The position numbers and the translations under genes are program-made. A stretch of DNA of 61,123 nt, filler included. It is 5 parts of 5 records of this genome, joined end to end, with 100 filler letters (N's around TTAATTAATTAA, not from the genome) between each part and the next. Parts side by side here need not be neighbours in the genome. Positions count along the whole stretch, not along the records: positions 1 to 31,777 come from SRR31147125_6796; 4 more parts are not named here. One strand, 5' to 3'. The notes under the pieces are model-generated. The model was not told the origin of the DNA and made no database searches. It saw only the letters and a list, made by a program, of their open reading frames with translations. Below are positions 18,835 through 29,575 of the stretch, one piece after another. Numbering within the stretch: the first letter of the stretch is position 1; each line of letters begins with the position of its first letter.

Positions 18835-19971
18835 CTATTTTAAAATAGCGCGCAACAGGAGCAGAATGCCCCTGATTTCAGATTCCAGCAACTTGAGATT
18901 TTTTTTAGCCTTGTCATAACCTGGATTGATTTTAACGGCATGACGAAATTCCTCAGTCGCTTTTGTAAAAAAATGCCACGCTTTTAGCAAATAAGCGATC
19001 CCCAGATTACGTCGTATATCCGCATAGTCCGGGTGCCGCGATGCTGATAGCTCAAGATTCTTAATATATGCCTCCAGCGTATTCTCATCCTTTTGCAAAT
19101 CTGAAAACATATATTTTAAATAAAACTCATTGTCTACAAATGATTTAAGAATGGTTTGTCGTGTCTCCGGATAAGCCTTTTCAAAATCCTCTACTGCCTG
19201 ATTTAATTGATAACGTACTTCCAGGTTCTCAAATCCGGACATGAGATACTTTTTATTGTACCTGGAGGATTGTTTTGCCGCTATGTGCAAATTTTTAGAT
19301 GCCTTTTTAATGCGTACTATAGGGGGAGGTAAATCGGGGTGTTCGGGAGCACGTTGCACACTTTTCAGTAAATACAAACCCAGCAAATAATAGGCGATAT
19401 CATAAGACTCATTGAGTTCTATGGCTCGATCAAATTCTGTGAAGGTTTGTTTATAGTGCTGTAATTTCCAATGAGTCTGTGCGAGAAAAAAGTGCAAGTC
19501 TGCATATTCAGGAGTTTGAACGGCTGCCAGTAAAAACTTTTCCAAAGCAGTTCTGTACTCGGCTTTCTTGAAATAACAGAGTCCCAGGTAGTAGTAACTA
19601 TTCTCTGTTTTGGGATTGAGCTCAAGCGCTAATGAGAATTGATCGATAGCCTCGTCATACAATCCTTTCTCAAAAAACAAACTTCCCAGCTTTTTTATTG
19701 ATTCAGTGTGTTTGGAAGCACGTACCTTTTCCGCCACAAAAAACAACAATTTAAGATCGGACATGACGGATACATGATTACGGTTTACTTCCTCTTCTAT
19801 TTCGTCAGAAGGAAACGTAACCTCTAAAACGATCTCTTTTTTATTAACTAATTGTCCGCCATCAAAAACACTTGTTGTAATTTTACGAGATTCGGCCAGA
19901 AAACTGGTTTGTACGTGTAATTTTCTTTTGCCAAGTCGTAAATTGTTATTATATCCAAAACCCTCTGTCAT
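18835..19971 (-). CDS. Cytoplasmic TPR-repeat protein with a small N-terminal GYNNN..HVQT domain
   Basis: Multiple TPRs (YYYLGLCYF, PEYADLHFFLA, PDYADIRRNLGIAYL). Confidence 0.8.
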   Translation of the reverse strand: MTEGFGYNNNLRLGKRKLHVQTSFLAESRKITTSVFDGGQLVNKKEIVLEVTFPSDEIEEEVNRNHVSVMSDLKLLFFVAEKVRASKHTESIKKLGSLFFEKGLYDEAIDQFSLALELNPKTENSYYYLGLCYFKKAEYRTALEKFLLAAVQTPEYADLHFFLAQTHWKLQHYKQTFTEFDRAIELNESYDIAYYLLGLYLLKSVQRAPEHPDLPPPIVRIKKASKNLHIAAKQSSRYNKKYLMSGFENLEVRYQLNQAVEDFEKAYPETRQTILKSFVDNEFYLKYMFSDLQKDENTLEAYIKNLELSASRHPDYADIRRNLGIAYLLKAWHFFTKATEEFRHAVKINPGYDKAKKNLKLLESEIRGILLLLRAILK

Positions 19972-20046
19972 GGGGCAATTTACTTGCTAAATATTATTAT
20001 CAATTCTACTTATTACAACCAACCTATGGAACAAATTAACTTTTGT

Positions 20047-21240
20047 CTAATTTAAGGAATTTAATCCTTTTTCTATTCGATCCAATGCTTTTTTGAGTGT
20101 ATCCATAGACGCTGCAAAAGAAAGCCTTACGTGATTTTCCATTCCAAAAGCACTACCAGGTACTATTGCAACACCAAAATGTTCCAATAAAATGCTGCAT
20201 AAATCTGCAGATCCCTCTATTATCTTTCCATTAAAGGATTTTGAGAAACAGGCCGATATGTTTGGAAATGCATAAAAGGCGCCTTTCGGGCGAAAACAGG
20301 TAACCCCGTCGATCGACACCAATCGATTATATACATAATCACGTCGTTCAGTAAATATTTTAAGATTCTCTGCAATAAAATGCGTATCGCCTTCCAGAGC
20401 TGCCTGAGCCGCTTTTTGCGATATCGATGACGGATTTGAAGTGCTGTGACCCTGATATTTTTTCACGGCCGAAGCAATATCTTTGTGACAGGCAAGATAT
20501 CCGATTCGCCAACCTGTCATGGCAAAACTTTTCGAAACACCATTGACAAATAACAACTGATCACGTATCTCTTTATATCGGGCAAAACTCGAAAACGATA
20601 AATCATCATAAATAATTTTATCATATATCTCATCAGCAAGTATAAAAATACCTGACTTTTTTACAAATTTGACGATATCCCTGACTTCGTTTTCTTCGTA
20701 AACAGCGCCGGAAGGATTACCCGGCGTGTTTAAAATAATCATCCGTGTTTTAGGGGTTAAAATTTTTTCCAGTTGTTGAATTGTTACTTTCAGATTACTT
20801 TTTTCATCTGTGGGAATAATCTTTGGAATGGCACCGGCTAACTTTATCTGTTCCGGATAGCTAACCCAATATGGGGCAGGTAGCAAAACCTCATCACCAG
20901 GATCGCAAACAGCCATAATGGCTTCAAATACAGCGTGTTTTGCACCGCATGTCACGATGACTTCTGAAGGTGCATAATCAGCATTATGTTCCTTTTTTAT
21001 CCAGGAACAGATCGTATCCTTTAATTCAAGGGTACCGTCGGCCGGGGTATATTTTGTATGCCCCTCCCGAATGGATTCAATAGCACATTCTTTTATTGGC
21101 AAAGGTGTATCGAAATCCGGTTCCCCGGCACCCAGGGCGACGACATCACGGCCTTCTCTTTTCATTCGGGTCATGACACTCGTCAATGCGACTGTTTGCG
21201 ATTCACTGATTTGAGAAAACCGTTGTGAAACTCGAACCAT
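20047..21240 (-). CDS. Pyridoxal-phosphate aminotransferase class I/II (aspartate aminotransferase-like)
   Basis: GAGEPDFDTP, LNTPGNPSG, DEIYD, NGVSKSFAMTGWRIGY (PLP lysine). Confidence 0.95.
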   Translation of the reverse strand: MVRVSQRFSQISESQTVALTSVMTRMKREGRDVVALGAGEPDFDTPLPIKECAIESIREGHTKYTPADGTLELKDTICSWIKKEHNADYAPSEVIVTCGAKHAVFEAIMAVCDPGDEVLLPAPYWVSYPEQIKLAGAIPKIIPTDEKSNLKVTIQQLEKILTPKTRMIILNTPGNPSGAVYEENEVRDIVKFVKKSGIFILADEIYDKIIYDDLSFSSFARYKEIRDQLLFVNGVSKSFAMTGWRIGYLACHKDIASAVKKYQGHSTSNPSSISQKAAQAALEGDTHFIAENLKIFTERRDYVYNRLVSIDGVTCFRPKGAFYAFPNISACFSKSFNGKIIEGSADLCSILLEHFGVAIVPGSAFGMENHVRLSFAASMDTLKKALDRIEKGLNSLN

Positions 21241-21277
21241 ATTTTATTACCTTTTATGTTTCACAAATACAACGGGT

Positions 21278-22255
21278 TTATTGAGCCTTTAAACTACAAA
21301 TACAGGCAACGTTAACAATATCTTCTACTTTACAACCTCTGGAAAGATCATTAACGGGTTTGGCCGTTCCCTGAATTATGGGTCCCAGGGCTTCTGCGCC
21401 CGCAAGTCGTTCTACTAATTTATAACCAATATTTCCTGCCTGAAGATCAGGAAAAACAAGTACATTTGCTTTTCCAGCAACGGCACTACCCGGAGCCTTG
21501 CGTTGACCAATAGCTTCAACAAGAGCGGCATCTGCCTGCAACTCACCATCAAGAGCAAGCTGAGGTGCTTTTTCCTTTGCCAGGTTAAAGGCGTTCTGTA
21601 CTTTCGTAACAAGTTCGTGTTTGGCACTACCTTTAGTAGAAAAAGACAGCAGTGCAACGGTTGGTGTCTCACCAGTCAATTTTTGATGTGTATCTGCTGA
21701 GGCGATGGCAATGTCAGCCAATTGCTCTTCTGTCGGATTAGGGATCACTCCACAATCAGCAAAAGTTAAGGTACGATTATCTTTTAAAACCATTAAAAAC
21801 GTACTCGATACCGAAGAAAAGCCCTCTGCCACTCCAACAATCTGAATAGCTGAACGCAAAACATCTCCGGTTGTATTGACGGCGCCAGCAACACAGGCAT
21901 CCACACGATCTTTTCGCAACATCATGGCCGCGTAAAAGAGTGAATTGGACATAACCTTTTGGGCTTTATCTATATCAACCCCTTTATGTTTACGAAGCTC
22001 AAAAAAAGTGTTAACATACTCTTCTCGTTTGTCATCGGTTTCAGGATCCACGATCTCAATCCCCGATATATTCAAGCCTGCTTCTTTAACAACGGACTCA
22101 ATTTTGACCGGATCACCGACGAGAACAGGAATAACCAGATTTTCATTTTTACAAATTTCAGCTGCTTTTAATACCCGGATATCTTCGGATTCCGGAAATA
22201 CAATACTTTTTACATTTTTTTTTGCTCTGTCCCGGATTTGTTCTAATACGTTCAT
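21278..22255 (-). CDS. pta: Phosphate acetyltransferase
   Basis: [55 protein letters not shown]. Confidence 0.97.
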   Translation of the reverse strand: MNVLEQIRDRAKKNVKSIVFPESEDIRVLKAAEICKNENLVIPVLVGDPVKIESVVKEAGLNISGIEIVDPETDDKREEYVNTFFELRKHKGVDIDKAQKVMSNSLFYAAMMLRKDRVDACVAGAVNTTGDVLRSAIQIVGVAEGFSSVSSTFLMVLKDNRTLTFADCGVIPNPTEEQLADIAIASADTHQKLTGETPTVALLSFSTKGSAKHELVTKVQNAFNLAKEKAPQLALDGELQADAALVEAIGQRKAPGSAVAGKANVLVFPDLQAGNIGYKLVERLAGAEALGPIIQGTAKPVNDLSRGCKVEDIVNVACICSLKAQ

Positions 22256-22740
22256 TTTTTCCTCAGTTTCTCTAGTAATTTCATTTTTACATATGCAGGC
22301 ACGAAACAGCTTATTTCACCACCAAAACTCGCTAATTCTTTCACAATACTCGAATTTAAATAAGAATATTTATCATGAGTCATCAGGAAAACAGTTATTA
22401 ATTCATCATCCATTTTTCGATTAACCAATGACATCTGAAATTCATGTTCAAAATCAGATACGGCTCTGAGCCCACGGATCATAGCAACAGCGTTTTTCAT
22501 TTTGGCATAATTAACAAGAAGCCCATCAAAACTATCAACAGAAACGTTATCATATTGATGAACACTGTTTTGAACCATATCCATTCTTTCCTCGACAGAA
22601 AAAAGAGGTTTCTTTTGGATATTATTTGCCACTGTTACAATAACACTGTCAAACAAATAAGTTGCGCGTTTGATAATATCAATATGTCCAAGTGTTATTG
22701 GATCAAATGAGCCCGGGTATATTGCAATTTTCTTCTTCAT
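22252..22740 (-). CDS. coaD: Phosphopantetheine adenylyltransferase
   Basis: [36 protein letters not shown]. Confidence 0.98.
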   Translation of the reverse strand: MKKKIAIYPGSFDPITLGHIDIIKRATYLFDSVIVTVANNIQKKPLFSVEERMDMVQNSVHQYDNVSVDSFDGLLVNYAKMKNAVAMIRGLRAVSDFEHEFQMSLVNRKMDDELITVFLMTHDKYSYLNSSIVKELASFGGEISCFVPAYVKMKLLEKLRKK

Positions 22741-22741
22741 A

Positions 22742-23284
22742 TTATGATAATTGATAAAAGGTGATAGCTGTGTCGCCTAATATTTTATTTTTATTTATAT
22801 GATATCCTGGTACCAAAGGGGCTTCGTTCCTGGAGCTGTATTCATAGACCACAATCCCCTTATTACTCAAGATAGACGTTTCTCGCAAACAGTCCAGAAT
22901 TTTATCAAATTTTTGAAAGCGATACGGAGGATCACAAAAAACAAGATCATACTGGAAATTTTGTTCCTGGGCGAACTTTAGAAACGCGCTAGCACTCATT
23001 CGATATATCTGTGCAGAAAGTCCTAATTTTTCCATGTTTTTGTTCAGGATATCAATGGACTTTCTATAATTATCGACAAAGGTGATCTCACACGCGCCTC
23101 TGCTGTAGGCCTCTATTCCAAGACTTCCAGTACCGGCAAACATATCCAATACCTTTTTTTGCTCAACCGTATCTTGAAGATAAGAAAAAATAAATTCACG
23201 AATTCGATCGGACGTGGGTCTAATCAGATCCGTTTTGGCACTAAAAAGATTAAAACCTCTATATTTACCGGCAATAACTCTCAT
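22742..23284 (-). CDS. rsmD: 16S rRNA (guanine966-N2)-methyltransferase
   Basis: MRVIAGKYRG, RPTSDRIRE, LDMFAGTGSLGIEA, DPPY; usual rsmD-coaD order. Confidence 0.96.
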   Translation of the reverse strand: MRVIAGKYRGFNLFSAKTDLIRPTSDRIREFIFSYLQDTVEQKKVLDMFAGTGSLGIEAYSRGACEITFVDNYRKSIDILNKNMEKLGLSAQIYRMSASAFLKFAQEQNFQYDLVFCDPPYRFQKFDKILDCLRETSILSNKGIVVYEYSSRNEAPLVPGYHINKNKILGDTAITFYQLS

Positions 23285-23304
23285 ATTCTAAATAGCTAAC
23301 AGAT

Positions 23305-23344
23305 AAAAGCCCCTTGACAACACATAGAAAAGTGTCAGAGGGGC
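23305..23344 (-). terminator. Intrinsic terminator-like hairpin
   Basis: GCCCCT(c)TGACA...TGTCAAGGGGC followed by TTTT on the minus strand. Confidence 0.55.
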
Positions 23345-23488
23345 GACATATTTGCAAATTAAATGGAAATACGAAAAGTAGAATACGTACTTTATCGTAT
23401 CGGTCTATTTGTCTCTTTTTTCTACAAACACCAAAAGGTATGTTTATAAATAATATTTTCTTTGGTATTTATTATCCACGTAAAAAAA

Positions 23489-24448
23489 TTACATTTCCTG
23501 CACGGCCTGCAACCTCAATACAAGATTCGCTTGTGATGCGGTTGCTGCCATCAATATTATTTTTGATACTCGCAATGCCTCATTCTTTTCCGATACCTGA
23601 GTGAAAAAAGTTTGACACTTTTCTATTGGACCATTCACTTTAATAAATATCGGCGTTTTTTTCAGTTTTCCAACAGTGAATTGTCTACCCACTGTCATGT
23701 CTTGTAATGCGACACCAGACTGTGATGCAATAGCACGAAGATCACTTTGTAATTTTTGCTGAGAAATGGCTCCTGATGCCATAAAGGGCTGAGAAGCGCT
23801 TTTCGATAGCGTACCAGATATTAATGTTTTATATCTACCACTGGATCCGGTTGGTTTAGACTGGGACAGCTTGTCTGAAAACTTTTTTTGCAAAGATGCA
23901 TAAAATTCGTCAATATTATTTTTTGAATTGGATGTAACTTCTGCTGATAATGAAAACTCATCCATAATCAAGGTTGACAATTTGACACCTGGAGTAATTG
24001 AATTTACAACAGCTTGCATTTGTTGTGCCGTTTTGTTAATACCACTGACATCACTTGTAGCAGCTGGGAGGTCAGCTTTTGTTTCAGGTACACCTTTTTC
24101 CACGGGTGCCGTCTTGTCTGTTTGAGGTTGATCTGTTACATCCCTTTGGTCACTATCGGTAATCTGAGGTTTTTGTTCGCCATTTGTTAAATAGTTATTA
24201 TAAATATAGTAGCCACCCAACAACAAAACAATAGCTGCTAATAAGATAAAAAATGGGCGAGCAAAACTGCTTTTTTTCTTAGTGTATTGCCAATCCTGAA
24301 TTTCATTTTCAGAAAGGTTAGGTTGATTGGGCTCATCTTCTACCAGAGCTTCTTTTTGATCCTGATCCAGAATTGGTGGTGGAGTGACGAGGGTTTCCTC
24401 AGCTAATGGTACCCAATCTTGATCTTTTACATCATTTAATAAATTCAT
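23489..24448 (-). CDS. Single-TM protein with tandem PilN-like and PilO-like periplasmic domains
   Basis: TM FFILLAAIVLLLGGYYIY; PilN-like PGVKLSTL...IDEFYASLQ; PilO-like LRAIASQSGVAL...PIFIKVNGP...FFTQV...LRVSKI. Follows a pilM-like gene. Confidence 0.55.
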   Translation of the reverse strand: MNLLNDVKDQDWVPLAEETLVTPPPILDQDQKEALVEDEPNQPNLSENEIQDWQYTKKKSSFARPFFILLAAIVLLLGGYYIYNNYLTNGEQKPQITDSDQRDVTDQPQTDKTAPVEKGVPETKADLPAATSDVSGINKTAQQMQAVVNSITPGVKLSTLIMDEFSLSAEVTSNSKNNIDEFYASLQKKFSDKLSQSKPTGSSGRYKTLISGTLSKSASQPFMASGAISQQKLQSDLRAIASQSGVALQDMTVGRQFTVGKLKKTPIFIKVNGPIEKCQTFFTQVSEKNEALRVSKIILMAATASQANLVLRLQAVQEM

Positions 24449-24483
24449 ATTATCCCCAACTGACTTTGGCGCCCATTATTTAT

Positions 24484-25455
24484 CTAACCCTCTGAAAAAA
24501 GCATTCCCATACTTACAACAAATTTTTCCGGATGCTCATCTACGAGAGTTCGAGATTCATCATTAAGGGTTTGATTTAGGTTGTGAAACGGATTGGCAAA
24601 ATCAATCCTTGCTGATTGTTGATACTTTTTCAACTGGTCAATTATTTCTGAATCTGCTTGTTCTCCGCATAAAAAAATTTGCTCAAAAACGTCATCTGTC
24701 TCTTGAATATTAATCTTTTGCAGCAACCGAAACAATTCATCATTAACCAGTTTAGCAATTTCTTCACCAGTCGCGGCAATTGGATTTGTCCCATCTTCAT
24801 CACTCACAGATGAGATTTCACTGGAAATAACAAACTTTCCATTTCGAACGAGTCCAAAATCAATCCCGCGTTTATTAAAATCGATCAACGCGATAAAACC
24901 CTCGGACGAGGAACCAACGACATTGATGATGGAGCGAATAGCCGCAAAGATATCCACATCAACGACCGTTAATTGCAGAGGAGTTCTATCGAATATTTCT
25001 TTCATATAATTGATGATACTTTTACGGACAGCCACGATAAGTACACTCTCAAAGCTACCCTGAGAGGATCCAAGCCGCTCATAACCGACATTATATTCAT
25101 CTCTTGGAGAAATTAAAACCTGTTCGAGCTCCCATTCCACCTGTTGTTTTAGTTGAACGTCAGCAAGTTCTTTTTCTACATTAATCACTTTAAGTAGAAC
25201 CATTCGACGTTCAAGTGCTAAATGGGTTTTGGTGGCTTTAATGTTCTTTTGTTCTAAAAGTGTATTTATCTGATCGGCGAATTTTTGAATATAGCTTTCG
25301 TTGCCAATAACATCAAAATCAAAGGAAATATCTGATGAAGATTCAGCAACTGAAATTAAATGAAGTTGATCGTCACCACCTTTTGCTTCGACAGCGAAAA
25401 GTTTGTTCCCGGCAAAATTTAAGCCAAGAGAGATATTTCCTTTTTCCAAATTCAT
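24484..25455 (-). CDS. PilM-like (actin-fold) type IV pilus/competence assembly protein
   Basis: LGLNF, ILIVAVRK-type strand (VLIVAVRKSII), VVDVDIFAAIR, ALIDF, IFLCG, ANPF. Start placed at ATG 25455 (MNLEKG) after a GGAAGG RBS. Confidence 0.75.
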   Translation of the reverse strand: MNLEKGNISLGLNFAGNKLFAVEAKGGDDQLHLISVAESSSDISFDFDVIGNESYIQKFADQINTLLEQKNIKATKTHLALERRMVLLKVINVEKELADVQLKQQVEWELEQVLISPRDEYNVGYERLGSSQGSFESVLIVAVRKSIINYMKEIFDRTPLQLTVVDVDIFAAIRSIINVVGSSSEGFIALIDFNKRGIDFGLVRNGKFVISSEISSVSDEDGTNPIAATGEEIAKLVNDELFRLLQKINIQETDDVFEQIFLCGEQADSEIIDQLKKYQQSARIDFANPFHNLNQTLNDESRTLVDEHPEKFVVSMGMLFSEG

Positions 25456-25584
25456 TAGCCTTCCCCACCACAATTATATCCCGCAAGCACTAGATTCAAC
25501 ACGTTATTTAAATTAGTTTTGCGCGATTTTGTAAAGTATTTTATTAATTGAAGCTTACTATGTCATAAAAGATGGATAAAATTA

Positions 25585-25626
25585 AAAACTGATATCAAAT
25601 CTTAATGACATTAAGATTTGATATCA
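25585..25626 (-). terminator. Perfect 18-bp inverted repeat, probably a terminator
   Basis: TGATATCAAATCTTAATG-a-CATTAAGATTTGATATCA (25590-25626), just past the stop at 25633, followed by a T tract on the minus strand. Confidence 0.65.
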
Positions 25627-25632
25627 ATTACG

Positions 25633-26301
25633 CTACCAGCTTATTTCACCATCCTCAATGTTACCATGATTTTCGATGGTCAATCCGCCCAATTTATGTA
25701 GCAGAAAATTATTTTTGCTTTCAACAATATCCATTGAGTCCAATGGACATTCAATCAACAGATGTTTAATTTGAGATGTATCTACGACTGTTAACTTGAA
25801 TGATTTGCCAGTAGTCGGACAATTATTAAAATTATTCAAGGTTGCATAAGTTACTGAATCAACAACCTGCTTAAATTCAGGATAAGTTCTCAAAGAATCT
25901 AAAATCAATATCTGTGTTGTGTCAAGATCTCTCTTTCGACCGAATTCTGCCAGGCTATCAATAATTGATTCAGCTAGTGAGTTTGCTTTTAATACATCAA
26001 AAATCTTTTCAGATAATACAGAGTCCTGATTTGCATATCTGGTTAAAAGGGTGTTCGTCGTATCATCTAAAATAAAAGCAATGACACTGTCTACACTTTC
26101 TGAATAAGTATTGTTTTCTCCCAAAAATACAAGTTCGGCATGAAGAAGATGGTACATATTTTTTCGACATTCGTCTGTTTTCTCTGCTTCTGCCATCCAC
26201 AAACTCTTAGGATATAAAATTGTAGCGATTAGTCCAACTGCCAGGATCAATATCAATAGTTTAAGTATAATTGATCCCTTTGGCTTCACATTTTGAGCCA
26301 T
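25633..26301 (-). CDS. Hypothetical protein with a pilin-like N-terminal hydrophobic helix and Cys residues
   Basis: KPKG-SIILKLLILILAVGLIATILYP followed by C..NM and CP..G..F motifs. Lies between comEA and pilM-like. Confidence 0.5.
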   Translation of the reverse strand: MAQNVKPKGSIILKLLILILAVGLIATILYPKSLWMAEAEKTDECRKNMYHLLHAELVFLGENNTYSESVDSVIAFILDDTTNTLLTRYANQDSVLSEKIFDVLKANSLAESIIDSLAEFGRKRDLDTTQILILDSLRTYPEFKQVVDSVTYATLNNFNNCPTTGKSFKLTVVDTSQIKHLLIECPLDSMDIVESKNNFLLHKLGGLTIENHGNIEDGEISW

Positions 26302-26344
26302 TGTTCCTCCTGATAATGTTATGTATCCTTTCCAACATGGTAAC

Positions 26345-26779
26345 TCATTCGACTTTAATTGTCATTTTTATTTTTTCAAAGGTCTTTGGACCGATTCCTT
26401 TGACATTTTTAATATCATCAACTTTCTGAAACAAACCGCTTTTATTCCGAAAATCGATGATTTTTTTTGCTTTAACAGGACCAATTCCAGGTAAACTCGT
26501 TAATTCTTCAAGACTGGCAGTATTTATATTTATTTTGCCAACAAAAACTCTTTTAGAAACAACAAGTTGCACACTTTTTTCATAATCAAGCCTGTTAACG
26601 AGTGCATCCTGCCTGGATATTCCTGTAAACGTGTTCATCACCGAGTGATGATGGAGTGCCCATTCACCATTCGCGGCCGCACGTTGTGCGTTTTTATAAT
26701 AATGAATTCCAAAACCAAGAATAAATGTAATCAGCAAAAACAAAACAAATCGTTGTTCCTGCCTTGAAAAAGAAAACAT
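26345..26779 (-). CDS. comEA: ComEA-family helix-hairpin-helix DNA-binding protein
   Basis: N-terminal TM, then [30 protein letters not shown]...[11 protein letters not shown]. Confidence 0.9.
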   Translation of the reverse strand: MFSFSRQEQRFVLFLLITFILGFGIHYYKNAQRAAANGEWALHHHSVMNTFTGISRQDALVNRLDYEKSVQLVVSKRVFVGKININTASLEELTSLPGIGPVKAKKIIDFRNKSGLFQKVDDIKNVKGIGPKTFEKIKMTIKVE

Positions 26780-26781
26780 GC

Positions 26782-27911
26782 TTAAAGTATGGCTTCTTTC
26801 ATTTTCTCAAAAAAACTTTTATCACTTTTTTTTGGGTACATATTCTCAAACACGGCCAGCCCTTTTAACATCTCTTTTTCCTTTGGCCCAAGCTTTGTTG
26901 GTATCCAGACAGATATACGTATAAGTTGATCGCCGGAACCAAAGAGTTCAGGCGCGGTATACCCTTGCCTTTCATACGTAATATTTTTCCACTCTGTGTA
27001 CCTGGGGCAATAGTAATTGTGGCTTTACCTGTAAGAGTGGGTACTTCCACTTCATCTCCCAACGCCACTTGAATAAAGCTTAGCTGGAGGTCATAGACAA
27101 CATCATCACCATGACGTTCAAAATAATCATGCTTCTGTTCCTCTATGATTACCAGAACATCTCCATTAGGACCACCCTGAGGCCCTGCGTTTCCGGCATT
27201 GCGAATGGTAAGATATTGACCCTCAGCAACGCCTGCTGGTATCTCGGCTTCGATGGTTGATTCACCCCGAACTCGACCATCTCCATTACATGTGGTACAG
27301 GGATTTTCAATAATTTGACCCTCACCATTACATCGACTGCAAGTCCTGCTAACAGTGAAAAATCCCTGTCGATAGGCAACTTCACCTGCTCCCTGACAGG
27401 CAGAACACACCTTTTTCGATGCTCCTGGTTTTAAACCACTTCCTGAGCATGTGTCACACTTGACGTGTTTTTTTATTTTTATTTTTTTGGTAACACCTTT
27501 AGCGATTTCTTCAAAAGTCAATTTTAATCGAATTTGTAAATCAGATCCTCGCCGGACACGCGATTGTTGACGCCCTGGACCTCCCATTCCAAAGATATCA
27601 CCAAAACCACCACCAAAAACTTCCCGAAAAATATCAAAAGGATCAAATCCAGCTTGTGAATTATAACCGCTAAATCCGCCTGCACCCCTCATTCCAGCAC
27701 TTCCAAAATGATCATACTGATGGCGTTTCTGTTGATCCGATAATACGGTGTAGGCTTCGCCTATTTTTTTAAACTCTTCTTCTGCTTCTTTATCCCCGGG
27801 ATTACGGTCGGGGTGGTATTCCATTGCTTTTTTACGATAAGCTTTTTTTATTTCGTTTGCGTCAGCATCGCGACTAACACCTAATATTTTATAAAAATCC
27901 TGATCTGCCAT
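26782..27911 (-). CDS. dnaJ: Chaperone DnaJ (one-base frameshift near 26942)
   Basis: HPD motif and four CxxCxGxG repeats. The true C-terminus ([15 protein letters not shown]...[10 protein letters not shown]) continues in another frame to TAA at 26782. Confidence 0.95.
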
Positions 27912-27951
27912 TCCGCTTCTTAATTTATATTCTTAAAACCAAATTTCTTAT

Positions 27952-28492
27952 TTATTTACTAACAACAACTTTTGCATGACGGAGTACTTTTTCTTTGAAA
28001 CAATACCCTTTTATATGCTCATCAATCACAATATTCGAATCTTTATCTTTACTATCTATCTGCAACAATGCTTCATGCATTTCCGGATCAAATGGAGTAC
28101 CCACGGATTGCATTGACTTTAAGCCCTGATTCTCAAGAATTTTTAAGAAATTCCTGTATACAAGCTGAATACCGTCAATAAATGTCTCGTAATCTTTATT
28201 TTTTTCGCTAACTTCTATTGATCTTTCCAAATCATCCAAAACAATCAAAAGATCCTTAACCAGACCGGCATTCGCGCTATCGATTAGTTGTATCCGATCT
28301 CTTTCAATCCGTTTTTTATAATTATCAAATTCAGCAGCAATCCGTTTTAACTGATCTTTTAGTATTAAATTTTCTGAGGTTATTTTTTCGACTTCTTTTT
28401 TATAATTTTTTCTGTGTTTCGGCTGCTTATTTTTAGCTTCACCATTGCTTGGTCTTTTTTTTCTCTTGGTTTTGTTCTACAACTTTTTCCAT
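27952..28492 (-). CDS. grpE: Nucleotide exchange factor GrpE (one-base frameshift in the T8 run at 28455-28462)
   Basis: RIAAEFDNYKKR...LLIVLDDLERS...FDPEMHEA...KGY...VLRHAKVVV. ATG at 28492 with an AAGG RBS. Confidence 0.93.
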
Positions 28493-28514
28493 TATACCTT
28501 TATTCTTTAATCAA

Positions 28515-29537
28515 TTATTTACTCGTAAGATAACTCAGTGTTTCCCCTATAAATTGCACCAGGGCAATAATTTTGGGGTACTGCATCCTCGTAGGCCCAA
28601 CCACACCAATTGTACCGGTTGAATCTTTTACATTATAGGTGGTTGTGATTAGGCTGCAATTTTTCATCAACTCTTCTTTATTTTCATCACCAATAATAAT
28701 GCAAACACCATCATTCTGGTGCTCACTAACGATTCTTATCAGAACATCTTTTCTGTCAAGCAATTCAAGTATTTTACCAATACGTTCTTTTTTTTCAAAC
28801 TCTGGCTGATTAATAACATGATGTGCACCAGCAAAATAAACATCATTTCTGGATTCAAATATCTGACTTGTTTTACTTTTAACAGAATTTAAGATTGTCC
28901 TGAATTTTACATCAACGTCTCGAAACCGCTCGTCTATAGAGGTTTGAAATTCAGCAATTGATAAATTGTGCAGACGTTCGTTCATAAGCACATTTGTCGC
29001 CTCAAGCAGATTCCGGGGAACAAAATTTTCAATTTCTACCAATATCGTTTTCACCAAACCTGATTGAACGCTTATGACTAACAATAATTTGTTATCAGAT
29101 AGGGAGATAAACTCGATCTTTTGGATCTTACCCTGATTAAACCGTGGAGCAAGAACAAATCCTAATTGATTTGAGATATCACCTAACACACGTGATGCCT
29201 GATCTGCAATCGAGTCCAGATCCTTTGAAAATTGTGTTAGTTGCTTAACAATAGAACTTTTTTCTACATCACTTAGACGAATTTCTTCAGGATTGTTATT
29301 GACATATTGCCTGTAGCCAAAATCGGTAGGTACACGACCTGCAGAAGTATGTGGTTGACTTACAAGACCCTTCTCTTCCAGATCCATCATCACGTTTCGA
29401 ATGGTAGCAGCACTTATTCTTAGATCATAATATTTCGCCAGGTATCGAGAACCAACAGGTTCAGCCGAACGAATGAAACTATGTACAATTGCATTAAATA
29501 CTTTTTGTTCCCTATTTGTAAGTTCTTCTATTAGCAT
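28515..29537 (-). CDS. hrcA: Heat-inducible transcription repressor HrcA
   Basis: EPVGSR...SAATIRNVMMDLEEKGLVSQPHTSAGRVPTDFGYR; GVVGPTRMQY. Confidence 0.97.
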   Translation of the reverse strand: MLIEELTNREQKVFNAIVHSFIRSAEPVGSRYLAKYYDLRISAATIRNVMMDLEEKGLVSQPHTSAGRVPTDFGYRQYVNNNPEEIRLSDVEKSSIVKQLTQFSKDLDSIADQASRVLGDISNQLGFVLAPRFNQGKIQKIEFISLSDNKLLLVISVQSGLVKTILVEIENFVPRNLLEATNVLMNERLHNLSIAEFQTSIDERFRDVDVKFRTILNSVKSKTSQIFESRNDVYFAGAHHVINQPEFEKKERIGKILELLDRKDVLIRIVSEHQNDGVCIIIGDENKEELMKNCSLITTTYNVKDSTGTIGVVGPTRMQYPKIIALVQFIGETLSYLTSK

Positions 29538-29575
29538 AATTTAAGCTTATCAATATAATAAAAAACAGTTTACAT

